A DNA stretch of 64,000 nucleotides from the IMG/VR virus record IMGVR_UViG_3300048588_001019, positions 1 through 64,000 of that record; one strand, written 5' to 3'. A program made the position numbers and the translations under genes. The DNA comes from a virus. Each line of letters begins with the position of its first letter. The stretch's first letter is position 1. The notes under the pieces were generated by a model that saw only the letters and a program-made list of their open reading frames with translations, did not search any database and was not told where the DNA came from. Shown here piece by piece: positions 1 to 9,863 of this stretch.

Positions 1-88
1 ATTTCATAAGACTGCTAAGCTCGCTTACCCAGTTGGACATTGAACCTCCATGTATGTCCCCTATGAAGGATGGTTTGCCAGCACACGA

Positions 89-184
89 TTTACAAACTTT
101 GCAAATTCGGAGGAAATAATTACAACGTTTGTAAAAATCATCGCTTGTAGCTTTTATCCTTCACAGCTTACAAAACTTTTGTAT
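89..184. promoter_or_regulatory. Three related palindromes (putative repressor operators) upstream of the replication gene
   Basis: TTTACAAACTTTGCAAA (89-105), ATTACAACGTTTGTAAA (119-135), TACAAAA-C-TTTTGTA (169-183). Confidence 0.5.
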
Positions 185-566
185 ATGCTCGCCGACAGCA
201 TTTTTAGGCTTACTCGTAAGCGATATCAAGAGGAGTTGTGTGAGAAAATATTTTTAGGCTTGAAACAGAAATATTGCAATTTTTTTGGTTAAATAATTTC
301 TTTTCGTTCTCGAGGAAAAATCAACCGCAGCGGATTACTATTAAGGAGATCGTAAATAACAGTGAGGGTTAAAATGGAATTCAGCGGCTGTTGACGCAGC
401 CGCCGAACTTTCTGTATGAGACAGAATTAAATCCAAACAACAAGTGGATTTGATATCCCCCAGTCTCGGCCTTCCTTGCAACAGAAAATTATTTCCATCT
501 CGATATTAAATCTGTTCTTCAAACTGTGATGGTATTTTCTCTTGTTATTATAGTTGGTTATAGGTC

Positions 567-2906
567 ATGGTGCCTAGGGAGTTTCCTCGGCTATTTGTTC
601 GCGTGACTCTCACAGAACACATTGAGGCTTGGTTAAATGAATATCAATCCTGTCAAGGCCGCGCCTACGACTTGCGTGGTCCGGGTTCTCAATTTAGTGG
701 GTTTCGCTTTGAATCGCATTCCCAATTTCCCGGAGGAATGGCGGTGAGCGAAAAGCAATTTTATGACGTTGATGCAACCCGGCGCATTCATCGTCGAGAC
801 TATATTTATTCACTTGAACGCGGTAAACGTTACACTGTTTTGCTTCGAAGGTTATTTTCGTGGCTGGACAGTGAAGAGGTGATGGTGCTTGGCTATCTAC
901 TCAGCCTTGCCAACCGCGAGCACCCATCTATTCACGATATGACCACAGATCTGGCCATGAGTTCCGATGTACTTAAGAGAACGCTCAGGAATCTGAAGTC
1001 CAAAGGCGTTCTGTTTCACGACAAGCTATCCGTAGGTGACCGGCAAAAGTCGCTGTGGCACATATCACATCCATGCCGCTGGTCATTTTCAAACGTGCCG
1101 CTTGCAGATTCAGTTGATCCATTTCTGCATGAACCTCGAATGTTTTCAAGCCATGTGCCTCGGATCAATGAAGCACGGGATTTTATCCTGGCACAATCCG
1201 ACACATTTCGCGTACCAAATCTTCTCTTCCGAGTTCGAATTGGCTGGAGAGCACGCTTTGTGTGGGCCTGGCTCAGCCAGCTTCCGCATGATGTAAACCC
1301 AACCATTTCTGGGCTATCAAAAAGCCTGAACCTTAATTGGAGGACCATCAGGCAGTGTCTGGATGCCCTCGACGAGGTGGGGATGATCGTCATTGAAGAG
1401 CATAAGCAACGGAAATTTGGTAGAGCAGTGAACCTTTATTTTCACCTAACTGATCTATCTGACTGGAAATTCAAAGTTGCTCAGGATCTCTATCCTGCTC
1501 CTAAAAGGCGTCCATCACGCGGGATCACCCGCTACACGGTTGAGGCAGGAAGACAGGAGAGGTGGGATTCCTTTAAACCTACGCTTCAGTCCTTCCCGAT
1601 TGATGAGCCTTCTGACGCCGTTACTCCGTCGAATAGCTCTGCATTTGAATCACGTAAATTGTACTTTCGCTCTGCAGAATCAGAGGGGGCTCTGCATTCC
1701 AATTCTGTATTTTCAGTTGGCATGACTGTATTTCAGCCATGGTTGACTGCATTTCAGCCATGCATGACTGCAAAAACGTCTTCCGATACCCCATTGAAAC
1801 CCTTGGTGGACAATGGTTCCAGCTCTTATAATAAAGCCTTTATAATAAAGCCTATAAAAGAAAGCATGGAAGAAGAAGACGCGCGCGACTTGCATTCGAC
1901 TGAGAGGGGGGATCTTGACCTCGAGGGTAGTAGGTTGCCGAAAGCACGCATCATCAGCATTGCCGATTCAGTCAGCCATGTTTTTGTCAGCAGCAGAAAC
2001 CGGAAATGTGATCCAGGTCTTTGGACGGACGCCGTAGCTGGCATCTTCAAATCTGGAGGAGAGTCCGCTGCGAGGCAGTTCGCGCGCTACGTGGCAGACG
2101 TGTATGCGGCCAGAGGGAATCGAGCCATAGCCTACAACTCGCTTGCCATTGAGGATCTATCAGCCGCATTTTTATCTGGACGCAGTCCTTCCGAGATTGC
2201 AGCCCAGGAAACAGCCAGTCAGAGCGAGTCTTTGTTGCATGCGCCCCATTCCCGCGAAAAGCCCCTTGTCGGGCTCGATAAGCTTGAGAGCGCCATCGAC
2301 CTGGGGCAGACATCTTTAGCGCAAACAGGGGCCAATTCCGAACGCGAGAGCCCTGGTTCCTCGGAGAAGGAGAGCGACCGGCTTCGTGACGTTCCATTAG
2401 ATCCGATCAGACAGCGCTGGCTCATCCACCGAATCTGGCCAAAGCTGACCAAGTCGCAAAAATCTTTGCTGCAGGACGCTTGGGCGAGATTTCCGGTTCA
2501 GAGTAATGCGATTCGAGCCTTTGCCGCTCAGGACGAAGACTGCTGCTTTAAGGTCATCTCGGTCTCCTTTGAGATCCTTCAAGACGAGCTTCTGGGCGAA
2601 ATTCCACTCTTGCCTTGGGAGACACAAGCCTTGGGGTGTGATTCAGTTCCCAATGTTCCATCGGAAGGCCGTTGCAAAGGGGGTGATAGGCATGTTGAGG
2701 ATGTACAGAAGTCTGATTGCGTATCAGAAGTGGCCCGCTCCCGGCTTGAAGCGGCTATACCGATACTTTGCCGTGCCTTAAAGCCGGCAACCCGGCTTTC
2801 GATGGAGAAGGGTTATTCGCGACTGAATGATGGGGATCTCTGGCGCTCACTTTGTGCCACGTTTTCTGAAAAGCGAGTTCGGGGGGTTCTTAGCATTATT
2901 TCCTGA
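567..2906 (+). CDS. Phage replication initiator-like protein with two winged-HTH-like segments (start may be ATG 738)
   Basis: Two repeated HTH-like blocks (PSIHDMTTDLAMSSDVLKRTLRNLKSKG; PTISGLSKSLNLNWRTIRQCLDALDEVG), internal iterons, position ahead of recombination genes; GGAGG just before 738. Confidence 0.6.
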   Translation: MVPREFPRLFVRVTLTEHIEAWLNEYQSCQGRAYDLRGPGSQFSGFRFESHSQFPGGMAVSEKQFYDVDATRRIHRRDYIYSLERGKRYTVLLRRLFSWLDSEEVMVLGYLLSLANREHPSIHDMTTDLAMSSDVLKRTLRNLKSKGVLFHDKLSVGDRQKSLWHISHPCRWSFSNVPLADSVDPFLHEPRMFSSHVPRINEARDFILAQSDTFRVPNLLFRVRIGWRARFVWAWLSQLPHDVNPTISGLSKSLNLNWRTIRQCLDALDEVGMIVIEEHKQRKFGRAVNLYFHLTDLSDWKFKVAQDLYPAPKRRPSRGITRYTVEAGRQERWDSFKPTLQSFPIDEPSDAVTPSNSSAFESRKLYFRSAESEGALHSNSVFSVGMTVFQPWLTAFQPCMTAKTSSDTPLKPLVDNGSSSYNKAFIIKPIKESMEEEDARDLHSTERGDLDLEGSRLPKARIISIADSVSHVFVSSRNRKCDPGLWTDAVAGIFKSGGESAARQFARYVADVYAARGNRAIAYNSLAIEDLSAAFLSGRSPSEIAAQETASQSESLLHAPHSREKPLVGLDKLESAIDLGQTSLAQTGANSERESPGSSEKESDRLRDVPLDPIRQRWLIHRIWPKLTKSQKSLLQDAWARFPVQSNAIRAFAAQDEDCCFKVISVSFEILQDELLGEIPLLPWETQALGCDSVPNVPSEGRCKGGDRHVEDVQKSDCVSEVARSRLEAAIPILCRALKPATRLSMEKGYSRLNDGDLWRSLCATFSEKRVRGVLSIIS
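1700..1860 (+). repeat. Putative replication origin: 21-bp iterons followed by AT-rich direct repeats inside the initiator gene
   Basis: GCATGACTGTATTTCAGCCAT (1720-1740), GGTTGACTGCATTTCAGCCAT (1741-1761), partial third copy from 1762; TTATAATAAAGCCT twice (1826-1853). Confidence 0.65.
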
Positions 2907-3029
2907 AAGCGACATTAGCCCATCATGCGTTTGCACTTCGGTCGCACGGTTCCTGTTGGGAAGTGAGTCTGATACCAGAAATAGACGGATTTTTCCCGGG
3001 CCTATGAGAGATAGGCTGGGAGATATTCG

Positions 3030-3530
3030 CTATTTTTGTTTCCACATCGATTCAATTTCTCGAACATATCCTTCGCACGTACTATCAAGCAAAGGCTTTG
3101 AGTGAGATTTTTTCAAGTACTTCGAGTACTTGCTCAACCACGGTCGTAGCAGCTTCGACTTGTGTCTTTCATTTGTATTATCGTCGTAGTAGCCTTTACA
3201 ACGGTTGGCTTCACACCGAATCGAAAGAGGAACTTTTCTGAGTGGCGGGTCAATTCCAGGGGCCTCGGAGCCACTGTAGCAAATAGGAAAAAGCCTTCTG
3301 CTCAAAGTATCAGAACATTGAGCTACAGCTGACAGACCTGATTTACTCACGATATGCCCACCTGCAAACGGCAAGTAATAACAGTCGTCCGCAATACTGC
3401 AGCTCAAATACTGGTTTGCGTCCTGTTCAACCATTTGGAACAGCTTTTCCATTCTTGCAGTCTCTTCGGGACTGGGAAAACTTGGGCATTCCCATCCAAT
3501 AGATGTGATCAATAAGAAGAAACTTATCAT
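3030..3530 (-). CDS. Secreted cysteine-rich hypothetical protein (moron)
   Basis: Hydrophobic N-terminus, several Cys, opposite strand to the backbone. Confidence 0.55.
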   Translation of the reverse strand: MISFFLLITSIGWECPSFPSPEETARMEKLFQMVEQDANQYLSCSIADDCYYLPFAGGHIVSKSGLSAVAQCSDTLSRRLFPICYSGSEAPGIDPPLRKVPLSIRCEANRCKGYYDDNTNERHKSKLLRPWLSKYSKYLKKSHSKPLLDSTCEGYVREIESMWKQK

Positions 3531-3691
3531 TTCAATGGCCTGCCTGCGTGAAGTTTTCCTATCTTACTTGAATAGGATACCACGTTATAGACCTGCTACT
3601 CCCTGGCAAATCATTCTGCAGAGTGGATTTACAGATCTAAAATACAATCAGCAGAAAAAAGTATATCAACATCGCTTTTCTTTGAACTTTT

Positions 3692-3718
3692 TAAATTCCT
3701 GAGTGTATAGTCCGATTC
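3692..3718 (+). promoter_or_regulatory. Possible sigma28 (FliA)-type promoter
   Basis: TAAA-N15-TCCGATTC upstream of the recombination operon. Confidence 0.35.
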
Positions 3719-3804
3719 GATAGTTCGGGGGCTCAGCAAGTGTCTCCATTTACCTGTGAATCTCTTCATTTAAAGACGTTCTAAGCTCTCATCCGGAGTA
3801 TTGA

Positions 3805-4677
3805 TTGCAACCAGGAATCTATCCCGATCTTGATATCAAGCATTACCACTCGTCGGGTGGTATCTCGAAGACAGGTCTTTGCAGGCTTGATCGATCGCCG
3901 CGGACTTACCAGGACTTTATCGACAATCCTGGGAAGTCCCGGCAGAGCAAATCACTTCATACCGGAAGTATCTTCCATATCGCAATGGAGGGTGCATTTG
4001 AGGAAGAGTGCCGAGTGGGACCCGGGGTCAGCGACAAGCGTTCGAAGGAATGGAAGGAATTCGTAAAGGCCCATCCCGGAAAAATTTGTGTGACTCCGGA
4101 TGAGGTTACGCAGGTAGTTGCCATGCGCAAGGCCATGTACGAATATGGCCCGGCACGTGAGGCTCTTGGAAAACCCGGGCGCTTTGAAGTTTCATATTAC
4201 TGGATCGACAGTGAAACGGGGCTGCTCTGCAAATGCCGCCCTGACTGGATCTCTGCGAACCAACTTACCATAATCGACTTCAAAACTGCTGCTGATGCCA
4301 CGGAGGAAGGGTTCGTCCGATCCGCCGGCAGACTTCACTATCACGTCTCAGCTGCGATGACAGTTGACGGCGTGCATAGAACGACGGGAATCCTGCCAGA
4401 GAGATACATTTTCCTCGTCATTGAGCCCCATGCGCCCTACCTCACCGCTGCTTATGAGGCGACGGTGGATGATCTTGCGGAAGGCCGTGAGTTCATCCGC
4501 CGCAACCTCTCCCTCCTTAAGCAGTGTGAGGCGACGGGAAACTGGCCGGGGCTAAAGGAGGAAATCAGGCCCCTTGGTGTCCGCCGCTTCATGCGCCGGC
4601 CAAGGGAGGAAGACGAAGGCGGTGCCGATGTCGAGGTCACACATTCAACGCCGGCAGCCGGCGAGTGGTGGGAGTGA
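3805..4677 (+). CDS. RecE/exonuclease VIII-like PD-(D/E)XK nuclease (DUF3799 type)
   Basis: YH..GISKT N-terminus, GSIFH, CKCRPDW, IIDFKT, YHVSAA motifs. Confidence 0.9.
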   Translation: MQPGIYPDLDIKHYHSSGGISKTGLCRLDRSPRTYQDFIDNPGKSRQSKSLHTGSIFHIAMEGAFEEECRVGPGVSDKRSKEWKEFVKAHPGKICVTPDEVTQVVAMRKAMYEYGPAREALGKPGRFEVSYYWIDSETGLLCKCRPDWISANQLTIIDFKTAADATEEGFVRSAGRLHYHVSAAMTVDGVHRTTGILPERYIFLVIEPHAPYLTAAYEATVDDLAEGREFIRRNLSLLKQCEATGNWPGLKEEIRPLGVRRFMRRPREEDEGGADVEVTHSTPAAGEWWE

Positions 4678-4680
4678 AGA

Positions 4681-5613
4681 GTGAAGCTTAGAAAAGCGGA
4701 ACGAAAGAAAGTCTTTGTCAAAGTCGGCATTACAGCCCCGAGTGGGCATGGAAAGACCTTTTCAAGTCTCAGGATCTCCCGAGGCCTTGCCAGCTCGTGG
4801 GATAGGGTTTGCCTCATCGACACCGAAGGGTCAGGGGACAAGTATGCCGGCCACAGGGACCTCGGCCCCTATCAGGTGATCAATCTATTCGAAAGTGAAG
4901 ACGACCACCGATTTTCCCCAGACCGCTGGATTGCAGCCATGAAAGTGGCCGCGGATGCCGGGATGGAAGTCGTGATCCTCGACTCAGCCAGCCATGAGTG
5001 GCAATGGTGTCTCGAGCAGAAGGAACGGATCAATAAATCCATCAATGACTGGAAGCAGATCACGCCCCATCATAACAAGTTCATTAGAGCCATCCTTCAA
5101 TGCCCCATGCACGTCATCGTCTGTACTCGCCGCAAGGTCGAGTATGTCCTCCACGAGGAAGGAGGTCGCAAGAGGGTCGAAAAAGCCGGTATGAGGTCCG
5201 AGATGCGTGAAGGCTTTGAATATGAGCTGGATGTGAATATCGGGCTCAATCACAACCACATGGCTACGATTGAGAAGGATAGAGCAGGCATCTTCCATGG
5301 CCGGCCTGAGTTCATTCCTTCTGAGGCGATTGGACGGGAGCTGCTCGCCTGGTCACGGGCTGAGGAGCTTAAACCGAATGGCGACCAGCAGGCGGCACCA
5401 GGGGATGCGCCGATTTCCGCGGACAATCCAAAGACCAAAGCCTGGATGGAACAGCGGCTTGCGCAGCTGAAAATTACGGAGGAGCTTTGGCCAGTAATCA
5501 TAAAACAGGTCGATGGCTGTCGGCGCAATGAACTCCGCGCACGTCTTGACGAAGCAGCTGCCGACGCCCAGAACGCCTTTGAAAGTGATTTCACAACGGA
5601 GGCCGTATGTTGA
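4681..5613 (+). CDS. AAA_24/Sak4-like P-loop ATPase (phage single-strand annealing protein)
   Basis: APSGHGKT Walker A, IDTEG, ILDSASHEW, REGFEYELD, KDR motifs. Confidence 0.85.
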   Translation: MKLRKAERKKVFVKVGITAPSGHGKTFSSLRISRGLASSWDRVCLIDTEGSGDKYAGHRDLGPYQVINLFESEDDHRFSPDRWIAAMKVAADAGMEVVILDSASHEWQWCLEQKERINKSINDWKQITPHHNKFIRAILQCPMHVIVCTRRKVEYVLHEEGGRKRVEKAGMRSEMREGFEYELDVNIGLNHNHMATIEKDRAGIFHGRPEFIPSEAIGRELLAWSRAEELKPNGDQQAAPGDAPISADNPKTKAWMEQRLAQLKITEELWPVIIKQVDGCRRNELRARLDEAAADAQNAFESDFTTEAVC

Positions 5614-5708
5614 TGACGCTAATTATTCTCGTCCTGATACCGTTTGCCGTCTTTGCCAGTGGATACGCCCTCGGCTACTTCTGCGGAAAGGCGGCCAGGA
5701 ACGCATGA
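5607..5708 (+). CDS. 33-aa single-pass membrane peptide (not in the ORF track)
   Basis: MLMTLIILVLIPFAVFASGYALGYFCGKAARNA; GGAGG RBS just upstream; stop overlaps the ssb start (ATGA). Confidence 0.6.
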   Translation: MLMTLIILVLIPFAVFASGYALGYFCGKAARNA

Positions 5709-6136
5709 GCGTGAATACCGTTATCCTCGTTGGAAAACTTGGCCGTGATCCTGAGCTGAAGCATACCCAGAGCGGGATCCCGTATTGCCGTCTGAGCCTG
5801 GCCACCAACACTCACTGGACTGACCAGTCCGGCCAGAACCAGGAGAAAACTGAATGGCACCGTATCACGGTTTGGAAAAAGCGGGCCGAGAACGTTGCAC
5901 GATACTCAAGCAAGGGTTCTCAGATCTATGTGCAGGGGCGTCTGGAAACGCGTTCCTGGGATCATAATGGACAGAAACGCTATGAGACGGATGTCGTCGC
6001 AGAGGATGTGAAGGTTCTGGGCCGGCGTCGTGATGCTGAGGAAAGCCCTCCAACCGAAAATCTGTCACGCAGCGGGCGTGGTTTGAATGTTGCCAGTGAT
6101 TTTGGTGATGGGAATCTTGGGGATCTACCGTATTGA
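5705..6136 (+). CDS. ssb: Single-stranded DNA-binding protein
   Basis: MSVNTVILVGKLGRDPELKHT...TEWHRITVW...KGSQIYVQGRLETRSW, acidic DLPY tail; true start 5705 rather than 5513. Confidence 0.95.
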   Translation: MSVNTVILVGKLGRDPELKHTQSGIPYCRLSLATNTHWTDQSGQNQEKTEWHRITVWKKRAENVARYSSKGSQIYVQGRLETRSWDHNGQKRYETDVVAEDVKVLGRRRDAEESPPTENLSRSGRGLNVASDFGDGNLGDLPY

Positions 6137-6167
6137 AAAATCCCGCCCTTGTGCGAATAGGGCGGGA
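6136..6167. terminator. Stem-loop after ssb, possibly a terminator
   Basis: TCCCGCCCT/AGGGCGGGA stem with an A-tract on the left. Confidence 0.5.
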
Positions 6168-6196
6168 ACCGCTCCAGTCAAAAGACAGGATATAGA

Positions 6197-6601
6197 GTGC
6201 CTTTAAAGTTTACCATACCGATCGAGCCTGAGGGTAAAAAAGAAGCCCGAAGAACCTTGCGTGGGCATGTTTTCAAGCACCCGGACTCCCGCAAGGTGAT
6301 GGAGGAGATCGCAGCTCATGTCCGTGCTCAGTATAAGGGTGAGCCGCTGGATGGTCCCCTTCAGGTTAAGATCATGGCTTATAAGTCTCGACCAAAGTCC
6401 AAGCGGACTGAAGTCTATGCAGCTACGAAACCGGACTATGACAACATTGAAAAGCTGCTCGGGGATGCCCTCGAGGGAATTCTCTGGGTGAACGACAGCC
6501 GGATTGTCGATGGCCGCTGCATCAAATTTTATGCGCCACCTGAAGCCCCTGGTTGGATTGAGATCGAAGTTTCGCACTGCCTGGATGCAGTGATTTGCTA
6601 A
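6197..6601 (+). CDS. rusA: RusA-family Holliday junction resolvase
   Basis: TKPDYDNIEKLLGDALEGILWVNDSRIV motif. Confidence 0.9.
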   Translation: MPLKFTIPIEPEGKKEARRTLRGHVFKHPDSRKVMEEIAAHVRAQYKGEPLDGPLQVKIMAYKSRPKSKRTEVYAATKPDYDNIEKLLGDALEGILWVNDSRIVDGRCIKFYAPPEAPGWIEIEVSHCLDAVIC

Positions 6602-6621
6602 CAGGTCATGGAGCCCTCTCA

Positions 6622-7611
6622 ATGAGTGAACCGAATATTATTCGTAAGAAGTGTCAGCCCGATAAGGATCCAACGGAGCTCATCGATATCAAGGTCATTC
6701 CGCAGGAGCTTTTTGTTGAAGGTCAGCATTCGATAATAAAGGTCATTAGGAGTGGCGATTTGGAGGGACTTACTGTGTCCCAGATTGCCGAAATGACGAA
6801 TATCGGTGAAAGAGCCGTCTGGAAGCACATCTACAGATACGCCATCACTACTGTTCCTCTGGGTCAGCAGTCTTTGCGTAGCTTGAAGGACGCAGGCATC
6901 CTCCTTCTGCACGCCCGCCGTGCAATCTTGGTACCCAAAGCGAGTGTTCAGCAGCTGCTGAAGCTTATCAGTACGCGCGAGTCATGGGCCATTTACTACC
7001 AGCTTTGGAATAACTCAGAAAAGCTCATTGATGTTGAAGCAAAGCTGCTGGATACGGCTGGAAAACTAAAAGCTGTTCTGGATGAGTCTGCGATTCAAAA
7101 AGCGAACCTGCGCATCAAGGATCAGCAAATCGCTGAATTCACAATCAAGCTTGGGCAGCAGGATCAGCAAATCGCTGAATTCACAATCAAGCTTGGGCAG
7201 CAGGATCAGCAAATCGCGGAACTTAACGCGAGACTGGAAGCAGCAGATCACCATATCGCCCTCGGAGGAAACAAGAAGTCTCCAAAATTCAGCATCCCTA
7301 TCTATCGCAGGGAGCCAAACGACATCTTCAATAATCCTGTCTATTCGATTGAGATCGTGAAGAAGACGCGGGATGAAATGAACCCGGATGAGCAGCATCG
7401 ATTCCAGACCTATCATTCTACGCGAACGATTGTGGGGCTCTCGCGAGGACTTGAAAAGACCTTCGATAAACTCGGTGTCACCAATGATGAAGCCCGCTCG
7501 ATGCTCACTACGGTCAAGGAGTCGGCCCTTGCGCTAAAGGAGCATCTCGAGCCGAACGCCCAAGGGCTCTTTGCCTTAAACAGACTCGAACCGCAAATTT
7601 ATCTCAACTGA
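6622..7611 (+). CDS. ORF6N/KilA-N-like antirepressor with coiled coil
   Basis: LTVSQIAEM...KLISTRESWAIYYQL resembles ORF6N; heptad repeats follow. Confidence 0.5.
   Translation: MSEPNIIRKKCQPDKDPTELIDIKVIPQELFVEGQHSIIKVIRSGDLEGLTVSQIAEMTNIGERAVWKHIYRYAITTVPLGQQSLRSLKDAGILLLHARRAILVPKASVQQLLKLISTRESWAIYYQLWNNSEKLIDVEAKLLDTAGKLKAVLDESAIQKANLRIKDQQIAEFTIKLGQQDQQIAEFTIKLGQQDQQIAELNARLEAADHHIALGGNKKSPKFSIPIYRREPNDIFNNPVYSIEIVKKTRDEMNPDEQHRFQTYHSTRTIVGLSRGLEKTFDKLGVTNDEARSMLTTVKESALALKEHLEPNAQGLFALNRLEPQIYLN
7118..7217 (+). repeat. Perfect 42-bp tandem repeat, 2.4 copies (14-aa unit)
   Basis: AGGATCAGCAAATCGCTGAATTCACAATCAAGCTTGGGCAGC twice plus 16 bp. Confidence 0.95.
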
Positions 7612-7631
7612 CAGGTTCCACCAAATATGGG

Positions 7632-7892
7632 ATGGAAATGGACCTTAATATAGACACACTGCAATCTCTCGCAGTAGGCGCATCAGGCGGCATACCGCTC
7701 TCGCTGCTGCTCTTGAATTCCATGAAATCCCTGCGCGAGAGCTTCGATTCCTTCAAGGGGCAGCTCGACAATGTATCCAGCCGGCTGCAGAAGCTGGAGG
7801 TAGTCTTCGAGCTGACGTATCAGGGTGAGGTGAAGAGCCTTCAGTCGCGGATTGAAAAACTGGAAAAATTTATTTTTGAGAAGGATCGCTGA
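7632..7892 (+). CDS. Membrane-anchored coiled-coil protein (possible holin-like/lysis accessory)
   Basis: N-terminal hydrophobic segment, coiled coil, upstream of the endolysin. Confidence 0.5.
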   Translation: MEMDLNIDTLQSLAVGASGGIPLSLLLLNSMKSLRESFDSFKGQLDNVSSRLQKLEVVFELTYQGEVKSLQSRIEKLEKFIFEKDR

Positions 7893-8197
7893 TGGAAACT
7901 CTGGATCAGATCAATGACCAATCGAATGCTTACTCGGGCATCAGCAGGGACGAGCTGATAGCAATGAGTACCGATGAGATTCAGGCGCGCATGTCGCGTT
8001 CCCTTGTACAGCTCGAAGAGGCCGAGGATAACAGGAAGGCCTATAGCTCCGCCTATGGCAGCCTCATCAAAAAGATCAAGGCTGACGTCAGGACGCTGAA
8101 TCGTGAGATCCGGGAACGGAACACCAATGCTGAGGGCGACAACGCAATTACTGTGGAGAATATCCAGTCAAGGCTTGCCGGTGGTTTGGCAGGCTGA
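7892..8197 (+). CDS. Hypothetical phage protein (coiled coil)
   Basis: TGATG coupling with upstream gene. Confidence 0.6.
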   Translation: METLDQINDQSNAYSGISRDELIAMSTDEIQARMSRSLVQLEEAEDNRKAYSSAYGSLIKKIKADVRTLNREIRERNTNAEGDNAITVENIQSRLAGGLAG

Positions 8198-8231
8198 GTC
8201 TGGTCACTAGATTGAAAGATGGGAACTAAAT

Positions 8232-8519
8232 ATGGCTGACAAAAAAGGAACACAGGAAACGATCGAGGTTCTTCAGCTCGTGCTTACATTAGTCGAGCTG
8301 CTGGCGAAAGAGATCAAAGGTGATGGACTTCAATGGACTGACGCTGTCAAGGTCGTGATGTCTTCCGAATTCCAGGAAAAGCTCGGGAAGGCCGTAGCTG
8401 GTTTCACCGAAATTCCTGGCGAGGTGGATGACCTGTCCGGGATCGAAGTTATTGACCTCGCAGAATTTACGCTTCGCGCAACAAAGACTGCGCTGCTGAA
8501 CATCGGGCGGGTAGCCTGA
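8232..8519 (+). CDS. Hypothetical phage protein coupled to the endolysin
   Basis: TGATG overlap with the GH108 gene. Confidence 0.65.
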   Translation: MADKKGTQETIEVLQLVLTLVELLAKEIKGDGLQWTDAVKVVMSSEFQEKLGKAVAGFTEIPGEVDDLSGIEVIDLAEFTLRATKTALLNIGRVA

Positions 8520-9016
8520 TGGAATTTCAGGACGCGGTTCGCTTCGTCCTGGAAATCGAGGGTGGGGGACAGCTGGTCTCCCACCCCAATGATCCGGGCG
8601 GGCTCACGAAATATGGAATCTCCCTGCGGGCTCACCCGGAACTCGGCGCGGACGGGATCCGAGACCTTACCGAGGAACAGGCCATCGGGATTTACCGGGC
8701 GAAATACTGGATCCCCTTGCGACTCAGCAGGTTTTCCCCGCGGCTTTCCCTGCCGCTTTTCGACGCGGCCGTGAACCACGGGATGCGCGCAGCGGGAGAA
8801 CTCCTGCAAAAAGCCCTGAATCGACTCGGGGCAGGCCTTGTGGTGGATGGCATCATGGGTGAAAGGACCGTCAAAGCTGCCAAGAGTTATGCTCCAAAGC
8901 GTGTCCTGGCGGCGTTTCTTGTCGAGCGGCTTCGCTTTTACCGGACCCTTGAAACTTATGAGATTTTTGGAACCGGCTGGGAAAAACGTATAATCAACAT
9001 CGCAATTTCCACATGA
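8519..9016 (+). CDS. Glycoside hydrolase family 108 endolysin
   Basis: EGG...HPNDPGGLTKYGI, FDAAVNHG, LQKALN..VDGIMG, FGTGWEKRI. Confidence 0.93.
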   Translation: MEFQDAVRFVLEIEGGGQLVSHPNDPGGLTKYGISLRAHPELGADGIRDLTEEQAIGIYRAKYWIPLRLSRFSPRLSLPLFDAAVNHGMRAAGELLQKALNRLGAGLVVDGIMGERTVKAAKSYAPKRVLAAFLVERLRFYRTLETYEIFGTGWEKRIINIAIST

Positions 9017-9213
9017 GGCCAGACATGAAAGAGGATCTAAAAACAAGGCTGCTCGCCAATGTGCTTTTTGGTGCCAGTAAGGAGCCTCCGGTTTTCAAAC
9101 CTGCAGGTCGTTCAACGTCATCACTGCATGCAATCATCGCCGTGGCCTTTGCAGCCATATCGGTGGCAGGTCTTTTATTTCTGGTAGTTGAGAAACTTAA
9201 ACCTCTTTTTTGA
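9013..9213 (+). CDS. Small membrane protein in the lysis cluster
   Basis: ATGA overlap; C-terminal TM helix. Confidence 0.55.
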   Translation: MRPDMKEDLKTRLLANVLFGASKEPPVFKPAGRSTSSLHAIIAVAFAAISVAGLLFLVVEKLKPLF

Positions 9214-9220
9214 GGTGTAA

Positions 9221-9451
9221 ATGGACCTCGGAAACTGTTTGAAAGCCATCCGTGAGGATCGCGGTTATTCGGTTCGCGCTCTGGCGAGGAAGGCCGGGTA
9301 CTCGCGAGGATACATTTCAGATATTGAGTCTGGAAGACGTCTGCCAAAGTCGTTTGTTCTGGAGTGCATTCTGTCCGCATTATCCGCTCGTGAAAGAAAG
9401 CAGGAGATCTTTGCGATCTATTTTGATGCGATAATCAAGAGTGTCCGCTGA
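9221..9451 (+). CDS. XRE-family HTH regulator
   Basis: LKAIREDRGYSVRALARKAGYSRGYISDIESGRRLP. Confidence 0.9.
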   Translation: MDLGNCLKAIREDRGYSVRALARKAGYSRGYISDIESGRRLPKSFVLECILSALSARERKQEIFAIYFDAIIKSVR

Positions 9452-9498
9452 TAATAAGTTTTTAGCAGTATTTCTTAAATACAAAGGAAGTTAAGATT

Positions 9499-9530
9499 CC
9501 TGCGCCGCATCCTATGCGGGGCAGGCTTTC
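9499..9530 (+). terminator. Putative terminator hairpin
   Basis: CCTGCGCCGCAT-CCT-ATGCGGGGCAGG followed by CTTTC. Confidence 0.45.
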
Positions 9531-9644
9531 ACTGTGCATAATTTCGATCATAATTATATAGAACTTTGATAAGATTTTAAATGTCGAATACTTGGGGCGG
9601 AAGTCAAATGCACGCTGCTTCAACGGCGTTAATAAAAGCCGACA

Positions 9645-9863
9645 TTAATCAAAGGCACTGATTATCTTTTTTATTATAAGAAGGATTGCTATGACGTCAT
9701 CGATAAAACCGCTTGCTTCATCCTGCCAAATTTTAAACGCCTGTCTTAAAGCATTGGCAATTTCTGTTCTCCCTCTCGGATCTAAGTGCTTTTTTATTTC
9801 ATATTTAGAAAGGCCAGTTTTTTTCGATGCGAAAATTATAAACCCATTTTTAGTCTTATTCAT
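9645..9863 (-). CDS. Small basic Cro-like/HTH protein
   Basis: ASKKTGLSKYEIKKHL; divergent from 10092 across an AT-rich gap. Confidence 0.4.
   Translation of the reverse strand: MNKTKNGFIIFASKKTGLSKYEIKKHLDPRGRTEIANALRQAFKIWQDEASGFIDDVIAILLIIKKIISAFD

Noticed and set aside
9531-9570. dif-like site (GTGCATAAT...)
   Set aside because: No TTATGTTAAAT-like XerD arm at the correct spacing
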